From the NCBI GenBank assembly GCA_951406725.2, contig OX597818.1:77872001-77936000 (forward strand): DNA of 64,000 bases, in the 5' to 3' direction. This stretch comes from Octopus vulgaris (Eukaryota). Shown one piece after another: positions 26,139 to 40,929 of the stretch. How positions within the stretch are numbered: the stretch's first letter is position 1; each line of letters starts with the position of its first letter. The notes beneath the pieces were generated by a model. That model searched no databases. It was given only the letters and a program-made list of their open reading frames with translations, and was not told the DNA's origin. The position numbers and the translations under genes are program-made.

Positions 26139-28299
26139 CTATATATATAAAACAAAGGATATCTGTTCTTGTAGTACATAACCGGGAAAAACGGTATTTT
26201 ACACGTGTTTTTATCTAAAAACTTCTGCAGTTTTCAATCGATTCTCTCCTTTTTCTCTCTGTCTATTTCTCTCTTCTCTCTCTTTTTCTCATTCTCTGTT
26301 TCCCTTGCGTACACGTATTCTCTCTCACCCTCTGTAATAGTTCCTTTCGTTTAGTCTATGTTTGTTTCTTTCATTCTCCCTCTCCCTCTCTTTCTAACTC
26401 ATTCACACACTTACTAACTTCTATCTACAAACTGACTTCCGCATATTTCAATTAGTCGCGCGTAAAAATCTCTGGTTTTACGGTTTTTGTACATTCTCCC
26501 TGAAAAATAATTTAGTTATTTTTTATTTTTGCTTACCCAGTGTGTTTAAATTCAGTTTTGCCGCATCTGCCTAAAAACCGACTTCAAATTTGCCTTTACG
26601 GTATTTGTACGTTCTCCCTACAACATTAAAATAATATAAATGCGCCCTTTTTAAAGCCTAGCCAGGCTCATGGGCCCGGTTTCCCAGTTTCAATAGTGTA
26701 TGTGTTCCCCAGCTGGACGGGACGCCAGTCCATCGCAGCGTTACTCATTTTTGCCAGCTGAGTGGACTGAAGCAACGTGAAATGAAGCATTTTGCTCAAG
26801 AACACAACGCGTCACTCAGTCCAGGAATCGAAACCACAATCTTACGATCATGATGCTGACACCCTAACCACTAAGCCACGCGCCTCCACCCCTACAACAT
26901 TACTTTACTTATTTTAAATTTCTTGCACTCCGTCTATTTAAATACACTATTTACATTTCTCCCGCTATCGAAAAACGTTCTGCATGCGGTCGTGCATGCG
27001 TACGTATGACCGCTATGGGCTACATACAGCCGATAAGCTTTTATTACAAACCAATGAGATTTCAACTACGCCACATGCGTTAGAAAAACTATGCTAAAGC
27101 GACTCAAGTTTTTTCACTCAAGCTAATTTCTTCTAGAGCATTATATGCTCAAACGGGGTTTGTAAGTTCCGTCTGCAAATTGATTTCCTTGTATTTAAAT
27201 TAAACGTGCGTAACTGTTGTTAAGATTTTTGTAAGTTCTCCCTCAAAAAATAATTTGTTATGTGATTCCAGTTCTTTGTGGAAAGGGAGATGACGTCTTC
27301 ATACCGAGGATTCCTCAGTGTGCTTAAATTCAGTTAAAAATTGACTTCAGTGTATTCCAATTTTGTTGTGCGTAGATATCTTTGTCTTTACGGTATTTAT
27401 ACGTTCTCCCAACAAAGGATGTCTGTGTATCTGTGTGTGTACTTCGCATACATTTCTAGTCTTCAACCGATTTTCACCAAATTTTACACACACATTACTT
27501 ATTTATCAAGGATGGTCACGCACTATAACATTTTGCCCAGTGTTCCCACTTAAAGCGAGAAACTGAAAAACGGTGTTTCACACGGGTTTTTTCTAAAAAT
27601 TCCTGCAGTTTTCAACCGATTTTCTCCGTTTTCTCTCTCTAAATTTGTTACACTCCGTGTATTTAAATGTACTTTTGCCATATCTGCATTTTGTAATTGA
27701 AGCTTCTCAACTCTGATATAATGCCACCTAAGAAACGAGCCCATATTGGTCAAGATGGGCACAGTGGAATGCAACGCTGACAGAGGCCACTGTATCAAAG
27801 TCTCATGGTCCATCACAATCAACAGGAGTGTTTCTACCTCAGTCTTTTACTGTGCGAGGTCAGAGAGCCAACATGTTTCCATGACCTGAAAACCTTTGAT
27901 GGTGGGGTATCTGGAACACACCGGGAGGCCTGCTTCAAGCACGGGTTGCTAGAAGATGGGGAACAGTGTCATGCAACGCTGGCATCAAAGTACCTCAAAA
28001 GTCTCAGGGCATAGTTTACAGTGATATTGCAAACATGCACGTTATGTGAATCCAGTTCTTTGTGGTTTCAATACAGGGATGTGGAAAGGGAGATGATGTC
28101 TTCATACCGAGGATTCCCCTTATTCCGTCGGGAGCAGAAATCCCCATTTCTTTCAGGCGGTTGTAATTTTCTGATCATTTTTTGCGATATCGAGCAAAAA
28201 ATCGCTGGAGCAAACACTCTCTGTGGCAGGACTTCACCTGGAGGACTTGTTAGCAGCGCTGCCAAAGTTGGTACAAGCAACGCCAGGTACCTCTGCTAG
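26138..28299 (+). mobile_element. Non-autonomous Helitron with RepHel remnants
   Basis: A|TC 5' end and CTAG|T 3' end after a GC-rich subterminal motif; ECFYLSLLLCEVREPTCFHDLKTFDG...REAC..GLLED; PIF1-type GKGDDVFIPRIPLIP. Confidence 0.85.
26650..26888 (-). mobile_element. tRNA-derived SINE, family D, nested in the Helitron
   Basis: ggaggcgcgtggcttagtggttagg...gtttcgattcct...gtgttcttgagcaaa. Flanking repeat ccctacaacatta. Related copies at about 24910-25230(-), 33130-33375(-) and 54400-54620. Confidence 0.75.
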
Positions 28300-29011
28300 T
28301 AGTTAATAATTACAATCAATTAAAGCGGTGAACTGGCTGAATCGTTAACACACCGGATAAAATGCTTAGGACATTTCTTCCGGCTCAAATTTCACTGAGG
28401 TATGAGCTGAGCACTGGGGTCAATGTGATTGACTTCCCCCTCTTCTCAAAATTGTCGGCCTTGTGCCAAAATTAGAAAGAATTATTATAACTCATTAACG
28501 TTATGAGCTAGCAGAATCTTTAGTAAGCCAGATAAAATGCTTAGCAACGTTTCTTCGGGCTCTTTACGTTCTGCGTTCAAATTTCTCCTTGGTCAACTTT
28601 GCCTGTAATCCTTTCGGGTTCGAACACTGGTGGTTAATGTTATCAACTAGCCTCCAACTCCCAATTTTTTGGCACTTTATGCCTATTATTGAAGGAATTA
28701 TTGCAACCAATAAGGCGGTAAGCTGGCAGAAGAGATATGCGCGTCGGACAAAATGTTTAGCGGCATTTCTTCCGGCTCTTTACGTTTTGAGTTCAACTTG
28801 TTTTATAGAGAAAAGACCAGGAACTGTGGAAAAGGAAACAATCAGTTAAATCGATTCCAGTACATGGCTGGTATTTACTTTATTATCGTCAGCGGAGGAA
28901 TGAAAAGTACTGTTGACCTCAGCGAATGCTTGAACTCAGGACGTAAAGAGCCGGAACGAATACAGCAGGACGCTTTACTTGGCACCACCGCCATCACTCC
29001 TGCTACTGCTG

Positions 29012-29122
<111 letters not shown>

Positions 29123-30604
29123 CGATGCACGCAGTCGATGACAGAATCTCTAGAACGCTTTATATTGCTTAGTTACATCCTCTTACGGTCTGGATTAAAA
29201 TCCTCCGCAGAGTTCACAAAATGAACCATTGGTGAAGTACTGTATTGTTTTAAACTCGGTTCTAAGAGAGTACGAATGGCATTAGGTGATCTCGATTCGC
29301 AGGAAATAACAACCAAATCATTCTGAAATGTGTTTCTAAAATAATATAGTCCTGGATATGAAGACGCGTGGCCTAGTGGTCAGTGTGTTTGGCTCATGAA
29401 TCTAAAGCACTGGCTTCAGTTTCTAGACGAGAGGGTGTCTATGCCTCTCTTGATTATACCAACACCTAAAACAACTACAGAAAGCGTGTTACATGTTATC
29501 AAGCCATTCTCACGTGCGAGAGACGACTGGAAAGCATTTTAACATAGGCCTGCTCAATCATAGCTAAACCGGGGTTATGCAACAACAGCAGTGGAAGTGT
29601 AATGGCCTGTGGTTAAGGTAGCGGACTCGCGGTCGCAAGAACGCGGTTTCGATTCCCAGACCGGGCATTGTGAGTGTTTATTGAGCAAAAAAAACCTAAG
29701 CTCCACGAGGCTCCGGCGGGGTGGGGGGTGGGTGGGGTGAACCCCACTGTACTCTTTCACCACAACTTTCTCTCACTCTTTCTTCATACTTCTGCCACAA
29801 AGCAGAAGAACCATGGTGTAATCCAGTAAGGTGTGGTAAACTTTCAGACCCTAGTCTAGATTGCGAATCCTCTGCACCTCAGGATGGTTCAGCTCTCCAC
29901 CCGTTAAAAGCCACTGTTTACGGAATGAGGATAACAACGTAGCTTTCGCGCCCGTGCAACCGCTAGTCTATCGCGTGTGGTGGGTGGATCTTCAAGTTGC
30001 CTCACGCATTCTTAGTAGCTTAGAGTAGGCTCGAATTAGAGATTATTCTTTGTGGCTAATGGCGTGAGTCCTGATTGGAAGCAGAAAAAGAAGAAGAAAA
30101 AGAAGAAGAAGCAGAAGAAGAAGCAGAAGAAGAAGAAGAAGCAAAAGAAGAAGCAGAAGAAGAAGAAGAAAACAGCAAAAACAACAACAACAACAACAAC
30201 GATGACACCATGCTCCTAAAATGTGTGCCATTGTGCCAGTATGATACATTAATGTTTTTGTAGCTTATGTAACGGCAACATTTTCTATTTCCCCTGTTTT
30301 AAAGTCAGCCATTCTAAACATCAACCCAGACAGCAGTCTCAGTTTACGCTTCTTATCCCCGCAAGAAATACCACCAGAGATGATGCTGATAATTCCAACA
30401 TTGAATTGAATAGAGATCAGCCATTATAAAGCAGCTGTTCTGTGTAATGTCTGAATGTTAATCCCAGAAAATGTCTCGAGGAATTTTTTTTACTTATAAT
30501 ACGTAAATTTTGGAGAGTTGGGTGTAACTGAAAGCCGAGAGAAAAACCTATGAGCGTTGTTTGTACTGGAGGTCAACGTATTAGCTAAATATAGCCATAC
30601 ACAT

Positions 30605-30642
<38 letters not shown>

Positions 30643-30804
30643 ATATGCTTATGTATATATGTATACGTATAAAACACAAATACAAATATTCTACATATTT
30701 ACACACAAATATGCATATATACATTCATAAATATGTTTGGTGAGTGCTTATAAACTGACTTATACATTTGCTTAATTATGTAGTTTATAAAATTATTGAA
30801 TGCG

Positions 30805-30858
<54 letters not shown>

Positions 30859-31166
30859 AGCAATAAGAAAATTGAGGGGATCAATAAGTGGTGCATCAAC
30901 TTTTAGACATTATGTCAACTTATTTGTTTATTTATTAAATGACAGAATATACATACATGTATGACATATTATGCTTTACATATAAAATATATTAATATAT
31001 AAGGATATCAGTAATTATTAAAATATAACATACAGGAATATATATACATTAGGCACTATATAATAATATTTATAGGAAGTGCATTGAGTAATATTATATG
31101 TAGTTCTGTATTCACATTCATGCGAACAGCTATAAAAATCATGCATAGATACATAGATACATACAT

Positions 31167-31197
<31 letters not shown>

Positions 31198-31520
31198 TAC
31201 TCACACACACACACACACACATAAAATTTAAAGCAGTATGATTCGGTTCAGTGCCAGGCTTCTTACAGAAACCCACCTCGTCCGGCTCAGTTACACACAC
31301 ACACACACACACACACAGATAAACACACACACGCACACGCACACACACACACACACACACGCTCATACACACACGCATTTGGACAAATACACATAATTCG
31401 ACTAGTGTATTTGAATGTTGCGTAGAGCACCGTCACAGTTTAGGCTACCTATTATCATCCGCACTTGTGGTATACTTCCGTTGGATCTACTTCAGGAACT
31501 CCGCCATAACAGTTAGCATA

Positions 31521-32463
31521 ATAGTATTGATTAATAGAAGGATATGGATTTCGTATTAGACTTTTATTAGGTACGACATATGTTTCGACCCGTCAGATTT
31601 TTAGTACCGGCTGACTTGTTATATGCCCATCAAGTTCGGGAATGAATAGGCAAATAATATTATAGAAACGCTAAAAATACCAATATGAACGTGAAAATTC
31701 CTCTTGTTTGTATTTTTCAATGCCAAGCTTATTAAGAAGCCCACTGACATCTCTGCAATAAACCAGCTCTTTCTCTTTTGTGAAGAAAGAATGGAACTCT
31801 TCATGCCGACTCCGATAAAAGGTTATATGGACCCCATTCTCTAGAAAATTCTTCTCTTTCAGTCGGGAAGCCAACAGTTCTGCACAATTTTTTTGGAGGT
31901 TTAAGTCAAGAACTAGATCATTCAGCTCTACCTGGGAGAATAACTGAGGTAAAGTCTCAACTGAAAAGTCTTGATCTCTGGTGTTAACTTTTGGTGTTGA
32001 ATCTTCTTTGGTTGAAGGTAAAGTTATCTGAGGCAAGACATTGAAGATAGGAACTGGTAGCTCTTCATTGTGTGAAACCGGTCTAATAGCAGAGGCAAGA
32101 TCAGGATAGAGAAGCGTTTGTCGATTTTTCCGATTAATACTTTTCAAATTTACATTATAAAAATAGCAGTCGTCCACGCGATTATAGGGCTCAATTACTT
32201 AGAAACTAGATTTGATAGGTCAAAAAGAAGGTTATATTTCGATTCAGGAGGCCGATTTTGTATAGGAATGATGTCTATTTCCTAAACATCAAAAACCTTG
32301 TAGACCAGTGCTTTGAATGTTTAAAAATTGAATGCTGTGAGTTAAAATCACCTTTTTTTTTCAACATTTATCTGTTTATTAACGAAGTCTCATTCAGTTG
32401 TTAAACATAAATAAATCTTGGAATAAAATGGTTCTGATTTACTGCCAGGTGTATATATATGTA

Positions 32464-32514
<51 letters not shown>

Positions 32515-32913
32515 GAATGTATGTATATATGTATGTGTGTGTGTGTGAGTGCGGCGTGTGTGTGTGTGTATGCACGAACATGAAACTACTTGTCTAAGCA
32601 TTAATCTTCCTTTCTCCTTCTACTTTCCTCTAAGCAGTTATGACAGCGAAAGCTGATTAGGTCATTTTATCGAAACTGGAACGCAAGATTTCCACGTTCA
32701 TATTGGTATTTTTAGCGTTTCTATAATATTATTTACATTTATTCATTCTCGAACTTGATGGGCATATAACAACAAGCCTATCAGCACTAAAAGTCACTAG
32801 TAAGATTTCTTTATCAATGTACCTGAAGAGACCCAGACTGATGGGTCGATACATATGTCGTACCTAATAAAAGCCTAATACGAAATCCATACCCTACTAT
32901 TAATTAATACTAT
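31521..32913. repeat. Inverted PLE-like arms (31521-31700 / 32688-32913) with hammerhead motif
   Basis: Arms are reverse complements. The right arm has gtac-CTGAAGA-GACCCA/TGGGTC-GATAC-ATAT-GTC-gtac (32819-32863); the left arm keeps GAAAC. Confidence 0.75.
31701..32310 (-). mobile_element. Truncated CMC/Chapaev3-like DNA transposon (5' end + transposase fragment)
   Basis: CACTG terminus at 32310; DDCYF, YPDLASAIRPVSH, ELNDLVLDLNL, AELLASRLKEKN. Family assignment is from memory. Confidence 0.6.
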
Positions 32914-32951
32914 ATGTATATGTATATGTATATGTATACATATACATATAC

Positions 32952-33021
<70 letters not shown>

Positions 33022-34077
33022 ATATAAATTTATACAAACATAAATGTATATATATATATATATAATATATATACACGCGCACACACATACACATATATTA
33101 CGGTATCGACAATACTAGCTGATGTTGTCATACATCGCTTGTCACAATGCGCTTCGCATTGTTTTAACTTTCGAATGATGCTACCCCATTGGCTAGGTGA
33201 GCAGGTCAACATTCCTCCTGATCGGAAGGCTATTCTGTTGCAGGGTTACTCCTTTACAGCTGAGTGGACTGGAGCAACTGAAATGAAGTGTTTTGCTCAA
33301 GACACCCGGTCATGACACCCGGTCCGGGAACCGAACCCACGATCGCTGATCGTGAGTGCAATACTCTAACCACTGAGTATTGCAGAGGGGTTTAGCACGT
33401 AATTTCGTAAGCACCAGCGGATGAGACTGTTGTATCATGTGATTTCAGCGTAAAGTGTGCGTCAAAAGCAAGGGACCTCCAAGCACGAAATGTCAGATCG
33501 ATGTTCCATCAAATCGACAGGGTTTAACACTGATTGAACAATCAGTAATGATGCAAGAATCTGTCGGATTGTGTATAACTCAAATATTGATGACAGAAGC
33601 TGCCTTCATAACGAATATCAATGTGCACACCCAACTTAACTAGATGATCCACACTTTGAAGGTTCTTCAAACATGAAATCGTTCGGTATATGAATTGACT
33701 GTTATGAGATTAAACTTATAATACTATATAGATAATATATCTGTTATATTAGCAAATATACAGGCGGCTATTATCTAATTTACGATAGCTTATCGGACCA
33801 CTAAGTATGATACAGAACAAATATATGTGTATACACACACGCACTCTCTCCCCACATATATATGCATATACATGCATATTCACATACTAACCGACATACA
33901 CTTGTAAGTATGTGTGTGTGTGTGTGTGTGTGTGTATTTATGTAAAATAAGGATTCAGGTAGAATCAGATATACATCAGGTAGGGTTGAATAAATCTGTA
34001 GTACCGGCCTACGGTTGATAAGTATCAAATAGGATATTCCGGTTGTGCACTCGGAGAAAACCAGCCCTATGAATATA

Positions 34078-34340
34078 TCTATTATATAAAATCCGTTCTG
34101 TCTGTCTGTGTGTGTGTCTTCTAGAATCTCGGGCATCCTCCATCCGATTGAGCTCAAATTTGATATGTAGATACCGAAGGTATCAGGGGCGTGTATAAGT
34201 CTTGAAAAAATTACAAAAATCAATTCCAGGTACTTTAAACTCTTCGGTTGCATATTTGTGTGAATAATATCGTTTTTCTTTGGAATAGAAAAAAGTCTAT
34301 CGTTATTTCTTCTTTTGCTGGTGTCTCAAATTTAGGTTAA
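34078..34340 (+). mobile_element. Helitron-like 5' end fragment
   Basis: A|TCtattatataaaatccgttctgtctgtctgtg...ccgattgagctcaaatttg is a typical non-autonomous Helitron start; no 3' end found. Confidence 0.45.
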
Positions 34341-34662
34341 ATCAGTGTTTCTCAAAAGGGAGGCCTATGGGACGGTCGGACAAGATGTTTTGAGAAAATT
34401 TGGTTTAAATATTTGACAACTGAGCACCGTTCATTGGACGGGGGCGGGGGACGTTTTACTTGTGTGTATATATATATATACCCTGCAATGTGTCGATAAA
34501 CACTTTCTTGGCCAAGGAGGCATGGCTACCTTGAAAGTTTTTGTCACCTACGTACCAATTATGCTCTCTCCCCACATAACATATAATCAAACACTTACCA
34601 ACACGCTCAATATATTAAATTTGATGGAAAATACACGCAAAACCACCCACAAACATACACAC

Positions 34663-34741
<79 letters not shown>

Positions 34742-34793
34742 TATGTTTATATATTTATGAATGCGCGCACACACACATTTGTTTATATATTTG

Positions 34794-34824
<31 letters not shown>

Positions 34825-34825
34825 A

Positions 34826-34908
<83 letters not shown>

Positions 34909-34997
34909 TTGTATTCTAACTTTCAGTATTATCTATTTTCGTAGCGATTCTATTTATTCCTTTATTGCTTTCATAATTCTCTTTATTTTACTTTATA

Positions 34998-36620
34998 TGT
35001 AGGAGTGGCTGTGTGGTAAGTAGCTTACTTACCAACCACATGGTTCCGGGTTCTTCTACTAATAGCCTCGGGCTGACCAAAGCCTTGTGAGTGGATTTGG
35101 TAGACGGAAACTGAAAGAAGCCCGTCGTATATGTGTATATATATGTGTGTATGTGTTCGTGTGTCTGTGTTTGTCCCCCCCCCCCGAACATCATCATCAT
35201 CATTGTTCGACCGTGGTCGAGACAATGGAATTTACCATACTACGCCAGACTTCACGGTCCATCATAGCATTTCGGAGGTCCTGTTGCTGGATGCCAGTAT
35301 CCCTGGAGATTACATCAGGGTAGGAGAGTGTGCGCCCTCTGGTATTGCGAGTAGATGGCTTCCAGAGGAGAAGAGTAGAAATTACCTCTTTTTCAGCTCT
35401 ACAACAATGTCCAGCAAACTGGACTCTCTTACCTTTCACAAGAGATGAGACAGGTGATAGTTTCCCATATATTTGCATTTTGGTTGGATGGCGCTTCCAC
35501 GAGAGATTTTGAGCTCTCATAAGGAGGCGAGTGTAGGTTCCATTACCGCCTCTCAAGCTTCTTTGATAACGTCCAGGTTTCTGAGCCATATAGTAGAATT
35601 GGTTCGACTGTGGCTTTGAAGATTTCAAGTTTGAAGTCTCTACTTAGATTTGATGACCAGATCTTATGCATGTCATTACAGGCTGACCAGGCCATACCCT
35701 TTCTAGTTAGAAAGTCTTTTCCCGATGATGATATGTATGACCCAAGATATTTGTGATCAGAAACCATATTTAAGGGCGCATTGTTGAGAGTATGGATGAT
35801 GCAATCACTGTTGGACAGGCACTTGTTTATGTATTCAGTCTTGGCCTCATTGAGGTAAAGACCTACACAATTTGAGGCTTGTTCAATAGATTGTAAAAGA
35901 GACTGGGCATTGGAGAGAGAATCACTGATAAGAGCGATGTCGTCAGCAAAGTCAGTGTCTGTCAAGTACTCAGCTGGGTGTATGGAACTTCTTCTTGGTT
36001 TTATTTCAAAGCCCTTGCCAGAGATGGTATCAACTGACATACGTAGCACATAATCAACAACAATGATGAAAAGAAATGGGGCGAGTGTGTCACCCTGCAG
36101 TATTCCGGCTTTGATTGAGAAAGATGATGTTTCTCCGTCAGGGGTTAAGATGGTTGAAGACGTATCTGTGTAGAGGACCTTGATGGCAGAAATGATTTTG
36201 TCTGGTATCCCATAGAGCTTAAGGATTTCAAATATCTTGTACCTATCTACAGAATCGAACGCTTTAGAAAAGTCTACAAATACCATTGCAAGATCGCGAT
36301 TAAATGCTTTTGATTCTTCAATAAGTTTGCGTAGGCATAGTATCTGGCTCAGCGTTGAGCGTCCATGTCTGAATCCGTTTTGGTTCTTTCGGAGCAAAGG
36401 TTCAACAGTTTTGCAGCAATTGACATTAGAGATATACCCCCAACATCGCTTGACAACCGATGCTGGTGTGTTTACGTCCCCGTAACTCAACGATTCGGCA
36501 AAAAGAAACCGATAGAATAAGTACTAGGTTTACAAAGAATAAGTCCTGGGACCGATTTGCTCGACTAAAGGCGGTGTTCCAGCATGGCCGCAGTCAAAAT
36601 GACTGACACAAGTAAAAAGA
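34998..36620 (+). mobile_element. tRNA-derived SINE, family B (CORE-like), split by an RTE insertion
   Basis: Head 34998-35190 and tail 36437-36620 match the intact copy at 39771-40183. Other copies at 15808-16268 and about 40717-41400. Confidence 0.85.
35190..36436 (-). mobile_element. 5'-truncated RTE-clade LINE (RT domain)
   Basis: QNGFRHGRST, FVDFSKAFDSVD, GILQGDTLAPFLF, DFADD, LLYGSETW; (TGA)n tail; TSD-like cccc(g)aacatc on both sides. Confidence 0.92.
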
Positions 36621-36819
36621 AAAAAAAAGAAAAAAAAACGAAAAGGAAAAAAAATATATACATACACATACATATATACGTACATACATACATGCATGCA
36701 TACATACATTCATATTTACACATGCCCACTACTCGCATACACATGTTTATATATTCACCCACACACATACGCACGCGTGCGTACACACACACACACACGC
36801 GAACATACACACGCATACG

Positions 36820-36895
<76 letters not shown>

Positions 36896-37463
36896 TTAAC
36901 TTTTAGTTTTATCTATTTTCTTTGCGATTCTACTTCTCCTTTAATTGCTTGCATACACACAAGACACGCACACACACACAACGCGCGCACGCGCGCATAT
37001 ATATTTATATGTTATATATGTTTATTTAATTTAGTTCCTGACCGATTTGAGTGTTTCCTTTCTCACAACCGAATCATAAAGAAGCAAAGAATGGAATTTA
37101 AAATATTCCTGTAGTAAGGCAGCAGACAAGTCGATACGATGTATAGGAACAGGTCAATTCCACAAGATGTCTGCCTCACCAAATAAACTCTTTATTTAAT
37201 CAATTCCAACTAGGTCACGAAGAATTTCGTAATTTCCACTTAAATACATTATTCAGACATTCATGACGTATGTATGTATGTATGTATGTATGTATGTATG
37301 TATGTATGTATGTATGTATGTATGTATGTGTGTATGTATGTATGTGTGTATGCATCTAGTATGTATGTATGTATGTATGTATGTATATATGTGTGTATGT
37401 ATGTTTGTATGTATGTATGTATGTATGTATATATGTGTGTATGTATGTATGTATAAATGTATG

Positions 37464-37497
<34 letters not shown>

Positions 37498-37589
37498 TGT
37501 ATGTGTGTGTATGTATGATTGTATGTCTGTATGTATGTATGTATGTGTGTGTGTATGCATGAATGTGTATATGTATGTTAGTATGTATG

Positions 37590-39480
37590 TTCTCTTCTAT
37601 TTTTAATTATTCGAAGTCTTCCTGTAAGGAAGGCGTTGATCTTTAACAAGGATACAAAGCTCCATTTTTGGAATCGAGATAAAAAAAATCAACTTCCCAT
37701 TTTGAACTTGAGAAACGCCTTACATATTTTTACTGTTCCACTAATAGATTGTACTTGTAATATACAAATAAGCTGGCTGATTTCTTTTTCTGAAAAACCC
37801 AACTTACCCAGATTGTCACTCAGGCATTTACCCAGAAAACCAAGTTCACCAATCATTACTGATATACATGTGAATTTACAATCTGGATATAGAAGCTGGA
37901 GGTTTCGAAGGTTATCCTCTTCCTCTCTAATTTTCGAAGAGATATTCACATCAGCTAGGCAGTTGACCTCTATGATGGTACATACTTTTTTGTTTGTCTC
38001 AAATGGAAATATCCAACATGTTATCCAACATGTTATGGTCACATTTGTTTGATGTTTTGATGGGAATGTTCCACCAGTATTCCTTGTGTTGGTGTTTATG
38101 TATGTATCCAATAAGAGGGGAATTATCGATATTTATCGGAGGACAGCAATTTTTTTCGGATGACATTGTATATTGTTTTATCAACAACATCGTGCCGCAT
38201 AGGGCAGGTGTACATTGATGATATCTATGGGCAGCGGCCTCGCATGGCGTCTTTCCCTGAAATGTGATATAATCTACATTTTCGGCTGCATATTGGAGAC
38301 TTCAAGGATTTCATTGTCTCTTTTATTTATTAGGTATTTTGAGGCAATCTCCAGTTCTTGGATTACATATGCATAGCCTCCGAAGTGTGAAGTATTGTAG
38401 CAGTTACCCGTCCAAGAGAGGCAGTATTTCCTGTCAATATTAGTGTCGTATTCGAGGCGGCGTGCTGGCAGAATCGATAGCATGCTGGGCAAAATTCTTA
38501 GCGGCATGTCATCCGTCTTTACGTTCTGAGTGTAAATTCCACCTTCGATAAGTACCAGTTGAGCTCTGGGGTCGATTTGTTAAACTTACCCCAATCCCAA
38601 TCTTGCTGGCCTTGTGCCAAAATTTGAATCCATATTGCTGTCATCTTCAAATATTCGGGAAAGAAACCCATGCATAACACTGTGTACCAAAATTATTAAA
38701 AAAAAATTTTGTCGTTGGTCAGTAAGTGTTATTTCGTATTTGCTTGTGTCTGGAAATCAAAGGAAATAAGTACTATTCTCTTCAAACTTTGCTTTTGTCA
38801 CCTGGACATCAGTGTTTTGAAACTGACCTATTTTCCATTACATTTCAGACAGATTCAGCGCCGAGCTGCTGAAGCAGAAATATCATTATAGCACATATTC
38901 TGCTCAATACCACATATTTACTTGTCAGTTGTTTGACTTTAACCACTTGAGCATGTCCCTTTGTCGCTGGTCCCTTTGCATGTCCCTTTGTCCTTGATCA
39001 TGAGCATGAGTTGTAGAGGAGCATCATAGCCATGTGTTGAGAAGGATTCTTTGGAGTTTGAATAAATATAACGAAAGCAAAGTTTGAAAGAAATATTAGC
39101 CATTTTTTAAACATTCTAGGAGTAAGCAAATAGGAAATAACAGTTGCTACCCAAGGACAAAAACTGTATAACACAGTGTAATCTGTTTTTGGCATGCTGG
39201 ACATGCAAGATACTCTTTGCTTTTCAGCGCTAGGCTTATCGATTTATTTTTGCTACCGTTGTTTAACAAGTACTGTCTGAGATAGGCTATACGATATTGG
39301 AAGCCTGTCTCCACTGGTCTCAAGCCTCTACCTTCTTCATCTCTTCTTAGGAAGAGCCTACCGATATCAGTACTCTTGTGGAAGCTTCCAGTTGAAACCA
39401 GGATCTTCCGAAATTTCAAAAATGTTCCCCTGTCTTTTGTTCCCTTAAAGTTCTCTTCAAAATGCATATTCTTTTAACAA
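37590..39480 (-). mobile_element. R4-like (REL) LINE fragment ending next to (CATA)n
   Basis: RLFLRRDEEGRGL, EYWWNIPIKT, CTIIEVNCLADVN, VMIGELG. Interrupted by a SINE A and by the 550-bp element. Confidence 0.75.
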
Positions 39481-39770
39481 AGTTTTGCAGAGGTTTGTTT
39501 TGTGGGTGAGCTGGAGCTCTGCTAAGATACCATTCTAAAACAGTTTATCAACAAAATCGTAATCTACACGCTCGAAAAATGCATATCTGCAACATTTCAT
39601 TAAAATATACTCATTTAAAGAAAGTTATGTCAAAACAACAGCGAGGTGGAGTATTAATCTGTAGTTATTCCCACTCATTTTTTTCTATCATCATCAACAT
39701 CCTAGACCCCGCAGTAACTTCTACTATCAGTTCTTCCTTTCCAGGACGTCATAATTCTGGAATTATCTAC

Positions 39771-40183
39771 GTAGGTGCAGGCGTGGCTGTGTGGCAAAAA
39801 TGTTACTTCCCAACCACATGATTCCGGGTTCAGTCTCACTATGTGGCACCTTGGGCGAGTGTCTTCTACTAATAGCCTCGGGCCGACCAAAGCCTTGTGA
39901 ATGGATTTGGTAGACGGAAACTGAAAGAAACCCATCATATGTGTGTGTGTGTGTGTGTGTGTATCTTTGTGTCTGTGATTTTCCCCCACTTCACCACTTG
40001 GCAACCGGTGTTGGTGTGTTTACATCCCTGTAACATTAGCGGTTAGGCAAAACAGACCGATAGAATAAGTACCAGGTTTAAAAAAAGGTCCTGGGGTCGA
40101 TTTGTTCCACTAAAACCCTTCAAGGCGGTGCTCCAGCATGGCGACAGTGAAATCACTGAAACAGGTAAAAGAATAAAAGAATA
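39771..40183 (+). mobile_element. Full-length family-B SINE
   Basis: A/B boxes, ccttgggcgagtg core, internal (TG)n, 3' ggcggtgctccagcatggcgacagtgaaatcactgaaac and (AAAGAAT)n tail. Confidence 0.85.
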
Positions 40184-40888
40184 CAAGTACCACTGTATTT
40201 TTTTAAATAGTTGTCAATTTGAATTTGTTCAAGAGAAACATTACTGCAACGACCTCACTAGTCACGCTAGGTCTTCAAAATTCAAAGACGCAACCACTCA
40301 CTCGAAACCAGAGGTTTAATATTGATTAATATTGATTCGGGGGCCGGTGGGTTATATCATTATACAAGTAGTCAATAGACACCCGAAACTAATTTGAGCA
40401 TTAAAGGTGCTGAATTATTAGCGAACCGAAAATGAAAGAGAGTGGTAATTCAAGACCAAAACTCACTAATTTCCTGCCAAACATCAATGCAATAACTACA
40501 ATTCAACTACAATTTACCAAACGCATACTTCACGTTAAATATTCATGAGTTTTTTTTTTATCAATTATAGTTCATAATTTTGCATCAAAAATTTTATATG
40601 ACGTGAATTCCATAAGTTATCAATGATTCCTAAAAGAGTCAATAATATAAGAAATTGCTGACCCCACCTCCAACTCTAGAGCAATGAAGTAATCTCCCAT
40701 CCTACGCACTCAAGGTTGGCGTGAGTGTGTGGTGAGAAGTTTGCATCCTACGCATATAGTTCCGGGCTCAGTCACACTGCGTTGCACATTCGGCGTCTTC
40801 TACTATAGCCTGGGGCCAATCAAAACCTTCTGAGTGAATTTGGTATTCGGAAACTGAAAGAAGCCTGTCGTGTGTGTGTGTATATATA

Positions 40889-40928
<40 letters not shown>

Positions 40929-40929
<1 letters not shown>

